DNA of 64,000 bases from Eledone cirrhosa (taxonomy: Eukaryota): positions 408,270,001 to 408,334,000 of the forward strand of contig OZ024741.1 of assembly GCA_964016885.1 (NCBI GenBank), given 5' to 3'. How positions within the stretch are numbered: position 1 is the first letter of the stretch; each line of letters starts with the position of its first letter. The translations under genes were made by a program, and so were the position numbers. Below the pieces are notes generated by a model that was given only the letters and a program-made list of their open reading frames with translations, had not been told where the DNA came from and made no database searches. Below are positions 26,549 through 39,251 of the stretch, piece after piece.

Positions 26549-27947
26549 TGAGTGTAACGTTTTTCGAAATATTTATTTCTGTGTTCACGGATTGATTTTT
26601 TTAGTTTCAGAAGATCCCGCTAAGGGTGAAAGCAGCGATTCTTTGCTTAAACTTGAATCTGTTATTTTAATATATATATATATATATTCGTGTACAGATA
26701 TTTTTGCATACACAAAAACAAAATATAAACACCAGCAAAAACAATAACAAAAAAGAGCGGGAACGCAATTACATGCTTTTAAAAAATCGTAATGGAAAAT
26801 TATTTGCCTATTCACCCAAGGCGAATTCTGCATCAATTGGTGAACATACAACGAAACATTGAAAGGAGTAAGACCACACCACTCTCCACCACTGCAGTCC
26901 CAAATGCTTACTGCTCTCTAACTATTGCTTTCATTGTACCATAGCACAACAAATAGATGTTCGGTTTGTCGAATTCCTTGTTACTTAACCCTATCGTCTT
27001 GGCTTTCGTGTGTTGAACATTTTACTCTCAGGCACCCAATTAAGTTAAACCCCTGGTAATCTACGACGAATTTTTCTTATAAGCACAAAATGTAGACACC
27101 ATTCCCGAGGCCGAGGTATTCCCTACTTCTCTGTACTGTTTCAGATAGGAGGGATAAACATGCCAATCTATGTTTACAATACCGAGCAACGCCGGGCTAT
27201 TCTTCTAGCCTATATATCTAAAACAGAGAATGTCTGTCTGTCCCCCTAAAACTCAAGAACCACCCACCGATTGTTTTCAAGTTTCACACATCTGATACTT
27301 ATGGTCGTGTGAGTGTTTTGAACAAAAATTATTTCGAATTTTCAATGCCCTAGGGACCACATTAGGCGCCGGTTAGCGATCTGTCTCTCTTTCTTAGTCT
27401 GTCTTTTTAGATGATACATAGCTATAACGTCGCGTCCTTATAATATCTGTCTGTATGTCTGGCTGTTTGCATTACGACATTATGAAAACATTGACTTCGC
27501 TATCTGTGTGTGTGTGTATATATGTATATATAGTGTGTGTATATATATATAGTGTGTAACGTTTTTCGAAATATTTACTTCTGCGTTCACAGATCGATTT
27601 TTTTTAGTTTCAGAAGATCCCGTTAATGGTGAAAGCAGCGATTCTTTGCTTAAACTGTAACCAGTTATTTTAATATATATATATAATTATATATTCGTGT
27701 ACAGATATTTTTGTATACACAATAACAAAATATAAACAAACGTATTTATTTCACGAGACTCGATAAGGATAAATATATATCAAATATTCTCATTGCTGAC
27801 GTATTATCTTCGTTATTTTTATAAGCACAAAATGTAGAACCATCCCCAGGCCGAGGTATCCGTACTTCTCTGTACTGTTTCAGAAAGGAGGGATAAACAT
27901 GCCAATCTATGTTTAGAATCCCGAGCAACGCCGGGCAATTCTGCTAG
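25152..27947 (+). mobile_element. Head-to-tail dimer of a non-autonomous Helitron (25152-27208 and 27209-27947)
   Basis: A|TCTATATATCTAAAACAGAG start. Both units end CCGAGCAACGCCGGGC...CTAG, the last being CTAG|T. Bodies are homologous. Confidence 0.85.
25521..26401 (+). mobile_element. 5'-truncated RTE-clade LINE inserted within the Helitron
   Basis: YLGDRIS...RVRTGWKKFRELLPLL...GRLY...GSETWAL...RRLRWYGHVMRM...GRPKMTW. The 3' UTR ends in (GAT)n. Confidence 0.9.
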
Positions 27948-28009
27948 TCTTCTACTAAAACGTTGTTTTATCTAAACAGATTAGTTTCTGTTGAATTGAA
28001 CTCATTACC

Positions 28010-28460
28010 CTCCGGGGTCGATAAAATAAAGTACCAGTAATGTACTGGGATAATTACTGGCCTTGTGCCTAAAGTAGAAACAATTATTGTTGATATAAAG
28101 ACAGTGGATTGGCAATATCGGAAGAGCGTCGGACGAAAATCTCACTAAGGTTAGCTTTGACTTTCATCTTTATTGAGTCACTAAAATAAAGTACCAGTAA
28201 TGCACTGGGGTCGATTTAAATGACCTTTCCCCCACCCAAAATTGTTGGCCTTGTGTCTAAATCAGACACCATTATTATTGGCATTATCGGTGGATTGGCA
28301 GTATCGGTAGAGCGTCGGACAACATGCTTTGTGGCATATAGTTACGTCATTTTACATTATGAGTTCAAAAACCGCCGGTGTTAACTTTATCTTTCATCCT
28401 AACAGATTCGATAAACAATAGTACCAGTAACGTACTGGGGTCGATTTAATTGACTTTCTC
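28010..28460 (+). mobile_element. Cluster of three SINE copies or fragments
   Basis: Repeated core ending AGTACCAGT. Confidence 0.75.
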
Positions 28461-28599
28461 ATGAAAATTCTATATCAGGAACCATTATTTTTCATATGAT
28501 TTATTTTCTGACCATTGAAAAAAACAAACAAACAATTATATTGAAGACAGTGAAAAGTTAGAGTAAATGACCATTTTATGGTAGCATTTACTAGACTTC

Positions 28600-28748
28600 C
28601 TCCCTCACTTCTCTTTCTCTCTCTCACTCATCTGCTTCTATCTCTTTCACTCATGTTTCTCCCCTCTCTCCTTCTTATGTTATTCTCTCGCTCTTTCACT
28701 CATGTTCCTCTCTCTCTCTCTCTTTTTCTATCACTCATGTTCTTCTCC

Positions 28749-28797
<49 letters not shown>

Positions 28798-28823
28798 GTT
28801 CTCTATCACTCATGTTCTTCTCC

Positions 28824-28901
<78 letters not shown>

Positions 28902-28916
28902 CTCTATCACTCATGT

Positions 28917-28986
<70 letters not shown>

Positions 28987-29136
28987 CTCTATCACTCATG
29001 TTCTTCTCTCTCTCTCTCTCTCTCTCTCTCGTTCTCTATCACTCATGTTCTTCTCTCTCTCTCTCTCTCTCGTTCTCTATCACTCATGTTCTTCTCTCTC
29101 TCTCTCTTTCACTTATGTTCCTCTCTCTCCTTCTCA

Positions 29137-29184
<48 letters not shown>

Positions 29185-29330
29185 TTCCCTCTGTCTCTCA
29201 TTCTCTCCCAATCTCTCTCTCTCTTTCTCTTTCTCTCTCTATCATTCACTGTGTCTTTCATTCTCTCTCCCACTCCCCCTCCACATATCTCTATTTCTAC
29301 CATTCCCTCTATCTTTCCTTCTCCCTCTAT
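28600..29330 (+). repeat. Compound (CT)n array with recurring spacer CGTTCTCTATCACTCATGTTCTT
   Basis: Direct inspection. Confidence 0.92.
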
Positions 29331-29514
29331 ATTTGTCCTCTAAAAATCACTAAAGTCAGTTGATCTGGCAGCCATTTCTCTGTAGCAACCTAACAACCTA
29401 ACAACCTAACAACCTAACAACCTAACATCGTATCAACGGAAATTTACGGAAATCAATACCAAAACTGGCCAAAGACACAGAATTATATATTTATGGACGT
29501 ATTTTATTGGTCAG

Positions 29515-29865
29515 TAAAGTTATATGTGGTAACATGTGGTAATATTTGGTAATATGTGGTTATATGTGGTTATATGTTATTATATGGGTTATATGTGGTT
29601 ATATGGGGTTATATGGGGTTATATGTTATTATATCGGGTTATATGTGGTTATATGGGGTTATATGGGGTTATATGGGGTTATATGTGGTTATATGGGGTT
29701 ATATGGGGTTATATGTGGTTATATGTGGTTATATGGGGTTATATGTGATTATATGGGGTTATATGTGGTTATATGTGGTTATATGAGGTTCTGTGGGCCT
29801 ATATGTGGTTATATGGGGTTATATGTGGTTATATGCGGTTATACGGGGTTATAGAGGGTTATATA
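29515..29865 (+). repeat. 10-bp minisatellite (GGTTATATGT/GGTTATATGG)n
   Basis: About 35 tandem units visible. Confidence 0.92.
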
Positions 29866-30057
29866 TGATATCAAGGAGTAATACACGGATTTTCTGGAAC
29901 CCTCATCGAAATAAGAAACTTTTCCTGATAAATGGAAGATTTGTGAAAATGATAAGAAGTGGCTCAATGTTATGTCATATGATAGATGAGACATTAGTGG
30001 TGGAGGGGGAGATTGTCTTTCTACTGTAAATCATATAAAATGGAGAGTAATTATGAT

Positions 30058-30089
<32 letters not shown>

Positions 30090-30154
30090 TACATAATTTT
30101 CAACCGTCAAGGTTGTTTTCCACGGCTATGTCACTATTTATAAAACAAATTTTG

Positions 30155-30219
30155 TATTTTATCTGATGAAAGCGCACCAAGACTGCCTTGGTTGCCCTTG
30201 AAACATATATAATAAAATA
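30155..30219 (+). ncRNA. Family A hammerhead in a solo pLTR fragment (~30095-30352)
   Basis: TATTTTAT-CTGATGA...GAAA-CATATATA-ATAAAATA, followed by the same downstream tail as 55360-55491. Confidence 0.7.
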
Positions 30220-31319
30220 ATTGTTTTATAAATATAGTTTCCGTTTATTAATATATTGAATATTTACTCCAGTAAACTGTTGAGTGCTCTATATCAGTTA
30301 TACACTTTTAAGTTTGTTGGAATCCCAACAAATTAAATATAACTTCTGAATACATATATATATATAAACCGGATCCTCTACTGGTTAGGAGTCATCAAAA
30401 CCACGTTTTATTGAACCTGATTTTATATATATATGTATATATATATCATGTGTATATATATATTTTTTTATATGTGTATATATGTGTATTTTATATATAT
30501 ATATGTATATATTTTATATATATATGTATATGTATGTGTATTTTATATATATATATGTATGTATGTTTTATGTGTGTATATATTTTATGTATGTATATAT
30601 TTTATGTATATATATATATTTTATATATATATATATTATATATATGTATATTCTGTGTATATATATATATATATTTTATATATATATATATATGCTTGTG
30701 CGTACATTCATACATACATATATATATATACACACCTGTATGGATGTGTGTGTAGATGTGTGAGTGTCTGAGGGGGTAGGAGTGAGTGTATGTACAAGTC
30801 AACCAGCATAAACAATTTATTTCTACATTTTCTAAACAATCTAAGTATTGGACTCTAAGTATTACCACCCCACATTTTGTATGTGTGTGTGTGTGTCTGT
30901 GGAGGTAGGTGTGAGTGTACGTGCAAGCCAACCTACATAGGTCTTTTTATTTGTAAATTTTCTACTCTAACCATAATTTTCAGTAGCACCACTCCACATA
31001 AATTCCTCAATTTAAGAATGACCTGTAGTATCTATTTCATACTATAAACCTCAATTGAATATATATCTGACCAGGAATGCTTTTTGTGAAAATCTGTCAT
31101 ATGGAACTATTGTCATCTTACCTGACGGTTTGAACTTTACAACACCACCTGCCTCTTTGAGGTCAAATACCAACCCTACTACCATCTACAAACTGACCAA
31201 TGAGAATCAAGACTATTCCTGCTGACAACATTAAATTATTCCTAACAAGCTCATATGTCCCAAGGCTCTGATACCATCAACACTATAAACACAGAGCTGG
31301 CATATCTAAGAACTGACTA

Positions 31320-31375
31320 ACTGCCTGATGAGGTCATAGCCATTCAATGGCTATCATCGAAATATATATAGCAGT
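31320..31375 (+). ncRNA. Type I minimal hammerhead ribozyme, family B
   Basis: ACTGC-CTGATGA-GGTcATAGCCA ttcaa TGGCTATcATC-GAAA-TATATA-TA-GCAGT. Followed by a ~50-nt tail and (TA)n. Confidence 0.85.
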
Positions 31376-31441
31376 AAATAAAGGATTATGAGTTCATGCA
31401 ATAGACTTATGTTTCGTCACTATATATAAACATATATATAT

Positions 31442-31510
<69 letters not shown>

Positions 31511-31537
31511 CAGTTCGACATTGTGGAACTATTTCTT

Positions 31538-31590
<53 letters not shown>

Positions 31591-31702
31591 GAATGTGTGG
31601 GGTGTGTATGTATGTATGTGGTTGACGGCTGAGAGAGAAGAGGACTCAATACCGAAGTAGTGTTTTAAGATTAAATCTTCATAAAATGAATATGTATATG
31701 TT

Positions 31703-31857
<155 letters not shown>

Positions 31858-31952
31858 GTGTGTGTGAGTGCCTGTGTGTACGCACGTGTGTATTTGTGGG
31901 TGATGTCTGTCTGTATGTCTGTCTGTATGTCTGTCTGTGTATGTAGAGATAT

Positions 31953-32970
31953 ATTATTTTATTCAGACATTAATACAGTATTTCGTTTATATTTGTTTCA
32001 GTAATCGTTATAAGAATATAAACTCTTGCTATGCGTGAAACTATGTAACATGATTTATCGTATTTTATGCTCTTTCTTTCTCTGCTTTATTCTTATAGGA
32101 ATTGCAAGTTGAGAATCATCAGATCTTTGAAATTAACATGTCAAAACTCTATATTCTACAAATGTATTTCTCTGAGTTTAAATACAACCGCAGTGCAGCA
32201 CAAACTACTGAAAATATCAATCATATTTGCAACCAAAGACGCGTTAATAAATTTACTGTGTAACGTTGGTTTCTAACTTTCTGTTGGAGTAAATTCATTC
32301 TTGGCGATAAGGACGTTTCTGAACGTTCTACTGCCATTGACGACGATGAACTGCAAGTTATGGTGGAAACCAACCTCACACATCTAATTGAGAACTTGCA
32401 GGAGAGAGATATGTAAGTATTGGAACAATATCTTAATATTCGAACCCACTGGAAAGTCAGAGAAATTAAAAGATGGATGCCACAGCAGAAAAATATCCGT
32501 TGTGAAGTGTGCCCTTTGCTTTTTTGGGCGCAAGAAAAACAAAATATTTCTTGACCGCATTGTGACGTGCAATGAAAGGTAAATCCTATACAAAAACTGA
32601 TGTATTCCTTCATTGTGGTTTGACTGAGATGAACCTAAAGACTTTCCAAATACAACGTTGACCAAAAGAAGGTTGTGGGAAATGGTTGACGGTTTGCGGC
32701 CTTATTAATTTACTACAGTTTGTGAATTCTGACGAAGAGAAGTATTTTCACAAAATCTATGACATCCTTCATAAATTGCAGCTTTGGTCAATAAAAGAGA
32801 TCCGAACTTTTACATGACAACACTTGACCACAAATCGCACAACCAACAATTCAGAAGTTGAACAAATTGAATAAATTCTAATGTATTTTTTAAAATTTCC
32901 TTCAAAGAAACCTTTTCTTGACGGAGATTCGAAAATATTTTAAAACCTGTATTAATGTTTGAACACACTG

Positions 32971-32972
<2 letters not shown>
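31953..32972 (+). mobile_element. Decayed mariner transposon
   Basis: Imperfect TIRs TTCAGACATTAATACAG / CTGTATTAATGTTTGAA. Broken transposase peptides RSTAIDDDEL, KLKDGC/GWMPQ (WVPHEL region), FLDRIVTCNE. Confidence 0.75.
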
Positions 32973-33002
<30 letters not shown>

Positions 33003-33056
33003 ATATGTATCACATAAGAAACGGAGAATCAGTGGTGCGAGGAATAAAATTTATTA

Positions 33057-33151
33057 GACATATTACAATCGTTTCTCTTCCGACCAGCTCGAGGCACGAT
33101 CGATGCAATGATCGAACCTGGCTCTGAAATCGCAAGATCCTCAGTTACATC
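33057..33151 (-). ncRNA. Probable hammerhead with long stem II
   Basis: Minus strand: GATGTAa-CTGAGGA-TCTT...AAGA-GAAAC gatt GTA-aTATGTC. Lies in a ~170-bp unit between TA tracts. Confidence 0.6.
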
Positions 33152-33429
33152 TCGATTCTTCGAAGCAGAGAGTTTACAAATATATATATAATATATATAT
33201 ATATAAACAAATAGTAGAAGGGAAAAAGATGGTTTCAGTGAAATATCAAAACATTAATAAATATTCTTAAAAATACTCCAGTTGCATTTACGATTTCATC
33301 TTTTTTACTTATATATATATATATAAATATATATATATCTATATAATAAGAATATGAAAAAGCGAAGTAGTTTCAGATGTTAAAGTCCTTTAATGATAAT
33401 GCTGTGAGAGCGTTCAACGCAAAATAACA

Positions 33430-33487
33430 GATTAAAGTTTAAGCAAAGAGTCGCTGCGTTCACCCTTAACGGGATCTTCAGAAACTT
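33430..33487 (-). ncRNA. Hammerhead family C (other copies ~39466-39522 minus, 26603-26653 and 27606-27656 plus; partial at 1-30 and 36548-36595)
   Basis: Consensus AGTTT-C(T/A)GAAGA-tCCC gttaa GGGt-GAAA-GCA gcgattctt TGC-TT-AAACT. Each visible copy has at least one core deviation. Confidence 0.65.
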
Positions 33488-33542
33488 AATAGTCTTTAAA
33501 TTTATTATTATTACTATTATATATATTTATATATTTATATAT

Positions 33543-33730
33543 AATTGTTTCTATTTTTGGCACAAGGCCAGCAATTACTCAGTACATTACTGGTACTTTA
33601 TTTTATCGACCCCGTAAGGATGAAAGGCAAAGTTAACCTCGGCGGGATTTGAACTCAGATCATAAAGGGACGTAACTCTATGCTTCAATGTATGGTGTTC
33701 GACTCTCTACCGATACTGCCAATCCACTCT
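33543..33730 (-). mobile_element. Same main SINE family
   Basis: Full-length reverse-complement copy. Confidence 0.82.
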
Positions 33731-33789
33731 TGGCAGAGACTGGAATTGAACCATCAGCACAGTTGAGGTATGTCACACATCAATTTATA

Positions 33790-33845
33790 TATTTTATCTG
33801 ATGAGTACGTACTGAAAAAACCTCCGAAATATATATAATAAAATA
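33790..33845 (+). ncRNA. Degenerate family A hammerhead
   Basis: Stem I, CTGATGA and GAAATATATATA are intact; stem II is decayed. Confidence 0.55.
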
Positions 33846-33988
33846 TATTTTAATTACGTTGCGTCTATATTTATTCATATTTTTAATTAATATTAATAAC
33901 TCCAGAAAACTTACTGGTTAGTGCTTCTAATCTATTGTAAAACTATATTCATTGATTAATCAATGAACCTTGTTTAACTTTTGTCATA

Positions 33989-34031
<43 letters not shown>

Positions 34032-34049
34032 ATATATATATATATATAG

Positions 34050-34107
<58 letters not shown>

Positions 34108-34371
34108 ATATGTGTGAAATCATTGGTACAGTTAAGTATATTTGAAAACAGGAAAGGAATGACCCACACAATTTTATTTTGTAGATCTAGATCTAAAATT
34201 GTAATATAAAATTATAAAATTTATTTGTTTAGAACTACAAATGAAGTCATTCTCATCTTGTTTTCAAATATATATATATATTAGAAATATAAGCTTTCGC
34301 CGTATTTTTGACTAAAGAAATGTTTAGCCTGATAGCGGTGTTTACAACCCTCGGAGAAATGGAAAATGATG

Positions 34372-34446
34372 AGTATTGACGTACATGGGAGTCGAACCCA
34401 CATATTTGGTTATCCAGACAACTGTGCTACCATTACACCAACACAC
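34372..34446 (-). other. tRNA-like (pol III promoter) head of a repeated element; not a functional tRNA
   Basis: Minus strand GGTGTGTTGGTGTAATGGTAGCACAG...GTGGGTTCGACTCCCAT. A box, T arm and B box are present; acceptor and anticodon stems are poor. Confidence 0.65.
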
Positions 34447-35315
34447 CACCCATCTCTTTCCTTCCAAATTAGAAGCTACATTCTTAGCAAGTAAATGACA
34501 AGTAAGTATGTTTTGAAACAGTGAGCGAGTTTGAAACCACTTTTTTCACATAAAACAGGAAGAATTTCCAAAACTAATCAGATTAGAGCAAAAAATCACG
34601 AGCACTCTATCTCAAAAATATTTTTGAAGAGCATGAGAAATGCGTAACCGGTAAAAACTTAAAACTAAAACTGAATACTAACTAATACTTATTACTAATT
34701 TATACTTATTCCTAATTAAACTATTTTTCACTGGGAAAAATTTGTCAGCATTTTCTTTTCCTTTTTACTAATATATCACAACTCGTGTGTCACACCTCTA
34801 TTTATTTTAAATATATATATCCTAAACGGACGGTAGTCCGTTTAGTAATATTGTTGTGGTCGTGTTTTCGTTGGCAATCGTCTGTTTACGACAGTACAGC
34901 GCGGCTCTACTTTATTTAACTGAGATAAAACTTATATGAGCATGAACAGTACATCATTACGCATCTTTTGGCTTAAAAATCTAGAAATTTGGTCCAGCGG
35001 GAAAAAGTTTATAATCAAAGTTTGCTGATAAATCTTGTGTTCCTAAAAAGTTAAAATGATAAAGTATTACGACTATATAACTTACATATATTGTTGTAAC
35101 ACCATTGAAATGCACAAGTTTCACCAATTCACTATTATGCACTAATCATCTCAACTGCATTCATGATTTACTAGCTTTGTCATTAAGCCAGTTGCCTCAA
35201 CTAGATTGCAATTATACTCAAAAGAACTTTAAAATGTCAATCACTTGTCAGTAATTCACTATGATCATTTAATTATTAGATAGTTGTTGCTTGCATTGCC
35301 TTAAAAAATAGTAGA

Positions 35316-36409
35316 CCAGATAGAAAAATGCGTACAGCAAAAAAAAGTAATATTGTTGGAATATAAACCTTTAAAAATACAGGACAAGAAACTAAAATAA
35401 AACTTTAAAAGAATAGGACAAGAAACTAAGATAAAACTTTAAAAGAATAGGACAAGAAATTAAGATAAAACTTAAAAAAATTGGACAAGAAATAAAAAAT
35501 GTTACAATAATATTAGTGGCAAAATTTGTTTATTTATTTCCTGTGCTATGCTCCAGTATCTTCTTGATTAGTGCATAATAATTGTCATGCTCTCATTGTG
35601 CGTTGCCCCTGAGCGGTTGGTTCTGGTTGGGGTTGGTTGGCTGAGCAGTTCTGCTCCGTCAGAATGACCATTGCAAGAAGAATTGGCCGATGCAGCTGCA
35701 GGTCTCCTCCAAGAATGCACTTCTGGTCCCGCAACACCAGACGAAGATGGAGAAGACGACCGGGACAAGATGTCGACTCTGACCACCGACTACGGCACCT
35801 CCCTCAACCACCGGTCCTCCCTCCCTCTGTCCCGTCATCCCTCCAGTCCTCCTGCTCCCCCTTCCTGTACCAGAAAGCTGTGGCACGCATTTATCTGGAC
35901 TGCCGGACTTGAACTCAAGGACAAGATGCAAGGAGAAGATGGACGGGTTGGTCAAGATCAAGGATGAGCGGGACGACAAGACCGTCCGCTGCTGCTCAAG
36001 ATCTGTGCTCATGGGCCCATGGGTCCATTCACATTATGCATGACACATGAGGCGTGTCGCCGAATGATGTAATAGGGGTATGGTTATGGCCCAATTGGTG
36101 TTCAAACCAGGATCAAATGATCCCCCCGGTCTGACGACGACCTCTGAATGTGGAACGCAGAGCCTATGAATGTGGAACTCGATTTTTTACCAATAAACAT
36201 TTTGCCACTAATATTATTGTAAAATTTTTTATTTCTTGTCCAATTCTTTAAAGTTTTATCTTAGTTTCTTGTCCTATTCTTTTAAAGTTTTATCTTAGTT
36301 TCTTGTCCGATTCTTTTAAAGTTTTATTTTAGTTTCTTGTCCTGTATTTTTAAAGGTTTATATTCCAACAATATTACTTTTTTTTGCTGTACGCATTTTT
36401 CTATCTGGT
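35316..36409. mobile_element. Element with ~218-bp inverted arms containing ~32-bp subrepeats around a 660-bp GC-rich core
   Basis: 35316-35533 is the reverse complement of ~36193-36409. Subrepeat GGACAAGAAACTAAGATAAAACTTTAAAAGAATA. Confidence 0.75.
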
Positions 36410-36606
36410 ATATATATACATTTATATATATATATATACATTTATATATATATATATATTTATATATACACATATACATATATATATATATATACATATA
36501 TATATACATATATATATACATATATATATATATAGTAATAATAATAAGGGTGAAAGCAGCGATTCTTTGCTTAAACTTTAATCTGCTATTTTAATAAATA
36601 TATATA

Positions 36607-37020
36607 TATATTTACGATATTAAATAAATGGAAACTATATTTATAAAACCATATTTATTTCATTATATATATTTCAGGGATATCATATTAACAATATGCT
36701 ATCATATTAACAATATGCTATGCCTTCCTCAGACAAAATACAATATAGACAGTTTTATAGATAAATAGATTTGACATACCTATACCTCAAATCTATTTAT
36801 CTATAAAACTGTCTATATTGTATTTTGTCTGAGGAAGGCATAGCATATTGTTAATATGATATCCCTGAAATATATATAATGAAATAAATATGGTTTTATA
36901 AATATAGTTTCCATTTATTTAATATCGTAAATATACTCCAAATACTTGTTGAGTGCTTTTATATCAGTTATAAATATTTACTAGTTGTAACCCAACAATT
37001 TAAATATAACTTTCCATGTA
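36607..37020 (+). mobile_element. Fold-back pLTR derivative of the intact PLE, with a hammerhead in both arms
   Basis: Inverted arms ~36607-36774 and ~36787-36936, plus a tail to 37020 nearly identical to 55280-55494. Hammerhead at 36821-36886 (CTGAGGA). Confidence 0.88.
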
Positions 37021-37024
37021 TATA

Positions 37025-37084
<60 letters not shown>

Positions 37085-37259
37085 TAATTGAATGTAAAAG
37101 AAAAACGAACACACACATATACATATATGCGTTCAAATCGCAAGGGACCAGATTCGCTAAGGTGAAAAGAATACTGACTATAGACAATAGGGATTGCCTG
37201 TCTTAATTTAAGAAAAAATCAAAAAAATAAATACAAACCGGAATTGTGGTAACTACCAA

Positions 37260-37337
37260 TCACCCAGACAGCTCTTGGTGGTGTTTCGCAATATTAATTG
37301 TGAATAAAAATACCAATTCTTGCTCATCAGTGGGTGA
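37260..37337 (-). ncRNA. Type I hammerhead ribozyme with canonical core and GUC site
   Basis: Minus strand: TCACCCA-CTGATGA-GCAA...TTGC-GAAAC-accaccaagagct-GTC-TGGGTGA. Perfect 7-bp stem I. Lies in a ~430-bp unit between TA tracts. Confidence 0.88.
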
Positions 37338-37528
37338 AGAATTAGTATCCTAGACACTTCTAAGTATATTAAGCACTGAATAGTGTACTATATATAATAA
37401 CGCACATGGTATCTTAGCGTGTCTCTCAAACCTACACCACTAAAAATAGCAGCCAGGTTTATTCGACATTTGAAATAGCTCAACAATTGTAAGAGACTAT
37501 TTTTAATTTCTAACTCAAGACATACCTT

Positions 37529-37571
<43 letters not shown>

Positions 37572-38063
37572 TACACATTATTTCATATTTCTTCATTGTC
37601 CAAGTCTGTTTTCTCTCCTTCATATAACATCTTGTCCTAACATCCTAGATTGATCAATAGTAAGGTTGCACAATGAGCACAGCTGGCAGTTCTACGATTT
37701 ACCGATTCACCGATTACAGTTAAATTCACCATCTTTTACTTATTTTATTATACTATATTTTATTACATTTCATTATATGTTTTATTTTTTCCAGGATTTT
37801 TATTTGATTAAATTTCTTTTATTAGCAAATCTGGTTGAGAGTAAAATCGAAGCATGTCTTTAGTTGTAGTCGTGTTAAACTTACATGTTTTACTTTAATC
37901 AATAGCAGCCATTGTTTTCTGTCTGGGAAATAAAACGCTTTCCAAGCAGATTTCAAAATCAAGTATATTTCAGACACTTATTTAGATAATATTTTCCTGT
38001 TAGTAAAAGATTGAATTATTCATCCTCTATATGTTTATTCTGTTATATATATACATTCATACA

Positions 38064-38140
<77 letters not shown>

Positions 38141-38949
38141 GAAATGTAAGCTATCGCCGTATTTTGACTAAAGAAATTAAAGAAATTATTTTGTATTATG
38201 AAATCCAAAAACATTTTATTAAATAACAGAATAGAGCGATCGTTATACTGTAACCATCGCTTAAAATCTACATTTTCATATTATAAATACTACCAGGATT
38301 GAACGCCTGTCTCTATCTCCGTTTGATTGTCAAAATAGATATTAATATTCTCTATTAGTCTTAATTCTATCAACTCTTCTATTATTTACCATTTAATATA
38401 AACTGCTATAGATAAAATGAGATTTCTGATTTCTTAATTCAAGTCCCTAATGCATATACCAGCTGGCTACTAGCATTGATGTTATTCAGTAGCAATCGAA
38501 ATCTCCCCCTTCCCCAATTGACACTTTATAATTAATACTACTACACCAAATGACCAGCCCTGTCCACTGTCCAATTGGTCAAGTATAGATTAAAATTGGC
38601 ACTCCCAAAAATTCTTATTTAGATAAAATAAACCATTTACTCATGGTATTCTCATTAGAAACCCTTTATATACTTGTTTAGCAGTAAATTGGATTACCAT
38701 CTGTCATATACTATCCCCTCTCTTCTTCCTCTATTACTAATATAAATACTTCAATTTTTCTGATTTTATCCAATTTATCCAAAATCTCTGAAGAAGTGAC
38801 AACTGAGTATACATTTGCTATCGAATACTTGCTAACATTATATGATTACGCAATCAGCGATACATAGGTATTCCGTCTGTTACAGAAACATATGTCAATA
38901 CCTAATAAATTCCTTTTTAAAAAAAGCACTTTCATTTTATATTCATCTT

Positions 38950-38984
<35 letters not shown>

Positions 38985-39066
38985 ATATCGAAAAAGCTTC
39001 TACATATATATATATAAATGCATATATATATATATATTTATATATATAAACGTAACATTAAATAAT

Positions 39067-39251
39067 TGTTTCTAGGTTTGGCACTAGGCCAACAAATACC
39101 CAGTGCATTACTGGTACTTTATTTTATCGACCCTGTAAGGATGAAAGGCAAAGTTATCCTCGGCGGGATTTGAACTCAGAATGGCAAGGACCGTAACTCT
39201 ATACATCAAAGCATGGCGTCCGACCCTCTACCAATACTGCCAATCCACCGC
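39067..39251 (-). mobile_element. tRNA-derived SINE with 16-bp TSD; type copy of about 20 in the window
   Basis: A box TGGCAGTATTGG, B box GAGTTCAAATCC, conserved core CTTTGCCTTTCATCCTTACAGGGTCGATAAAATAAAGTACCAGT (Meta/MESC-like, from memory). TSD CGTAACATTAAATAAT at 39051-39066 and 39252-39267. Confidence 0.88.

Noticed and set aside
28700-29100. CRISPR-like repeat/spacer appearance
   Set aside because: The spacers are (CT)n, the context is eukaryotic and there are no cas genes.
29536-29854. Gly/Tyr-rich repetitive ORFs
   Set aside because: All three frames are open because of a 10-bp satellite; there is no coding evidence.
34372-34446. Functional tRNA gene
   Set aside because: Acceptor and anticodon stems do not pair well, and the sequence is attached to a repeated body.
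38240-38930. Possible decayed coding sequence on the minus strand
   Set aside because: No ORF or diagnostic motif could be read with confidence.
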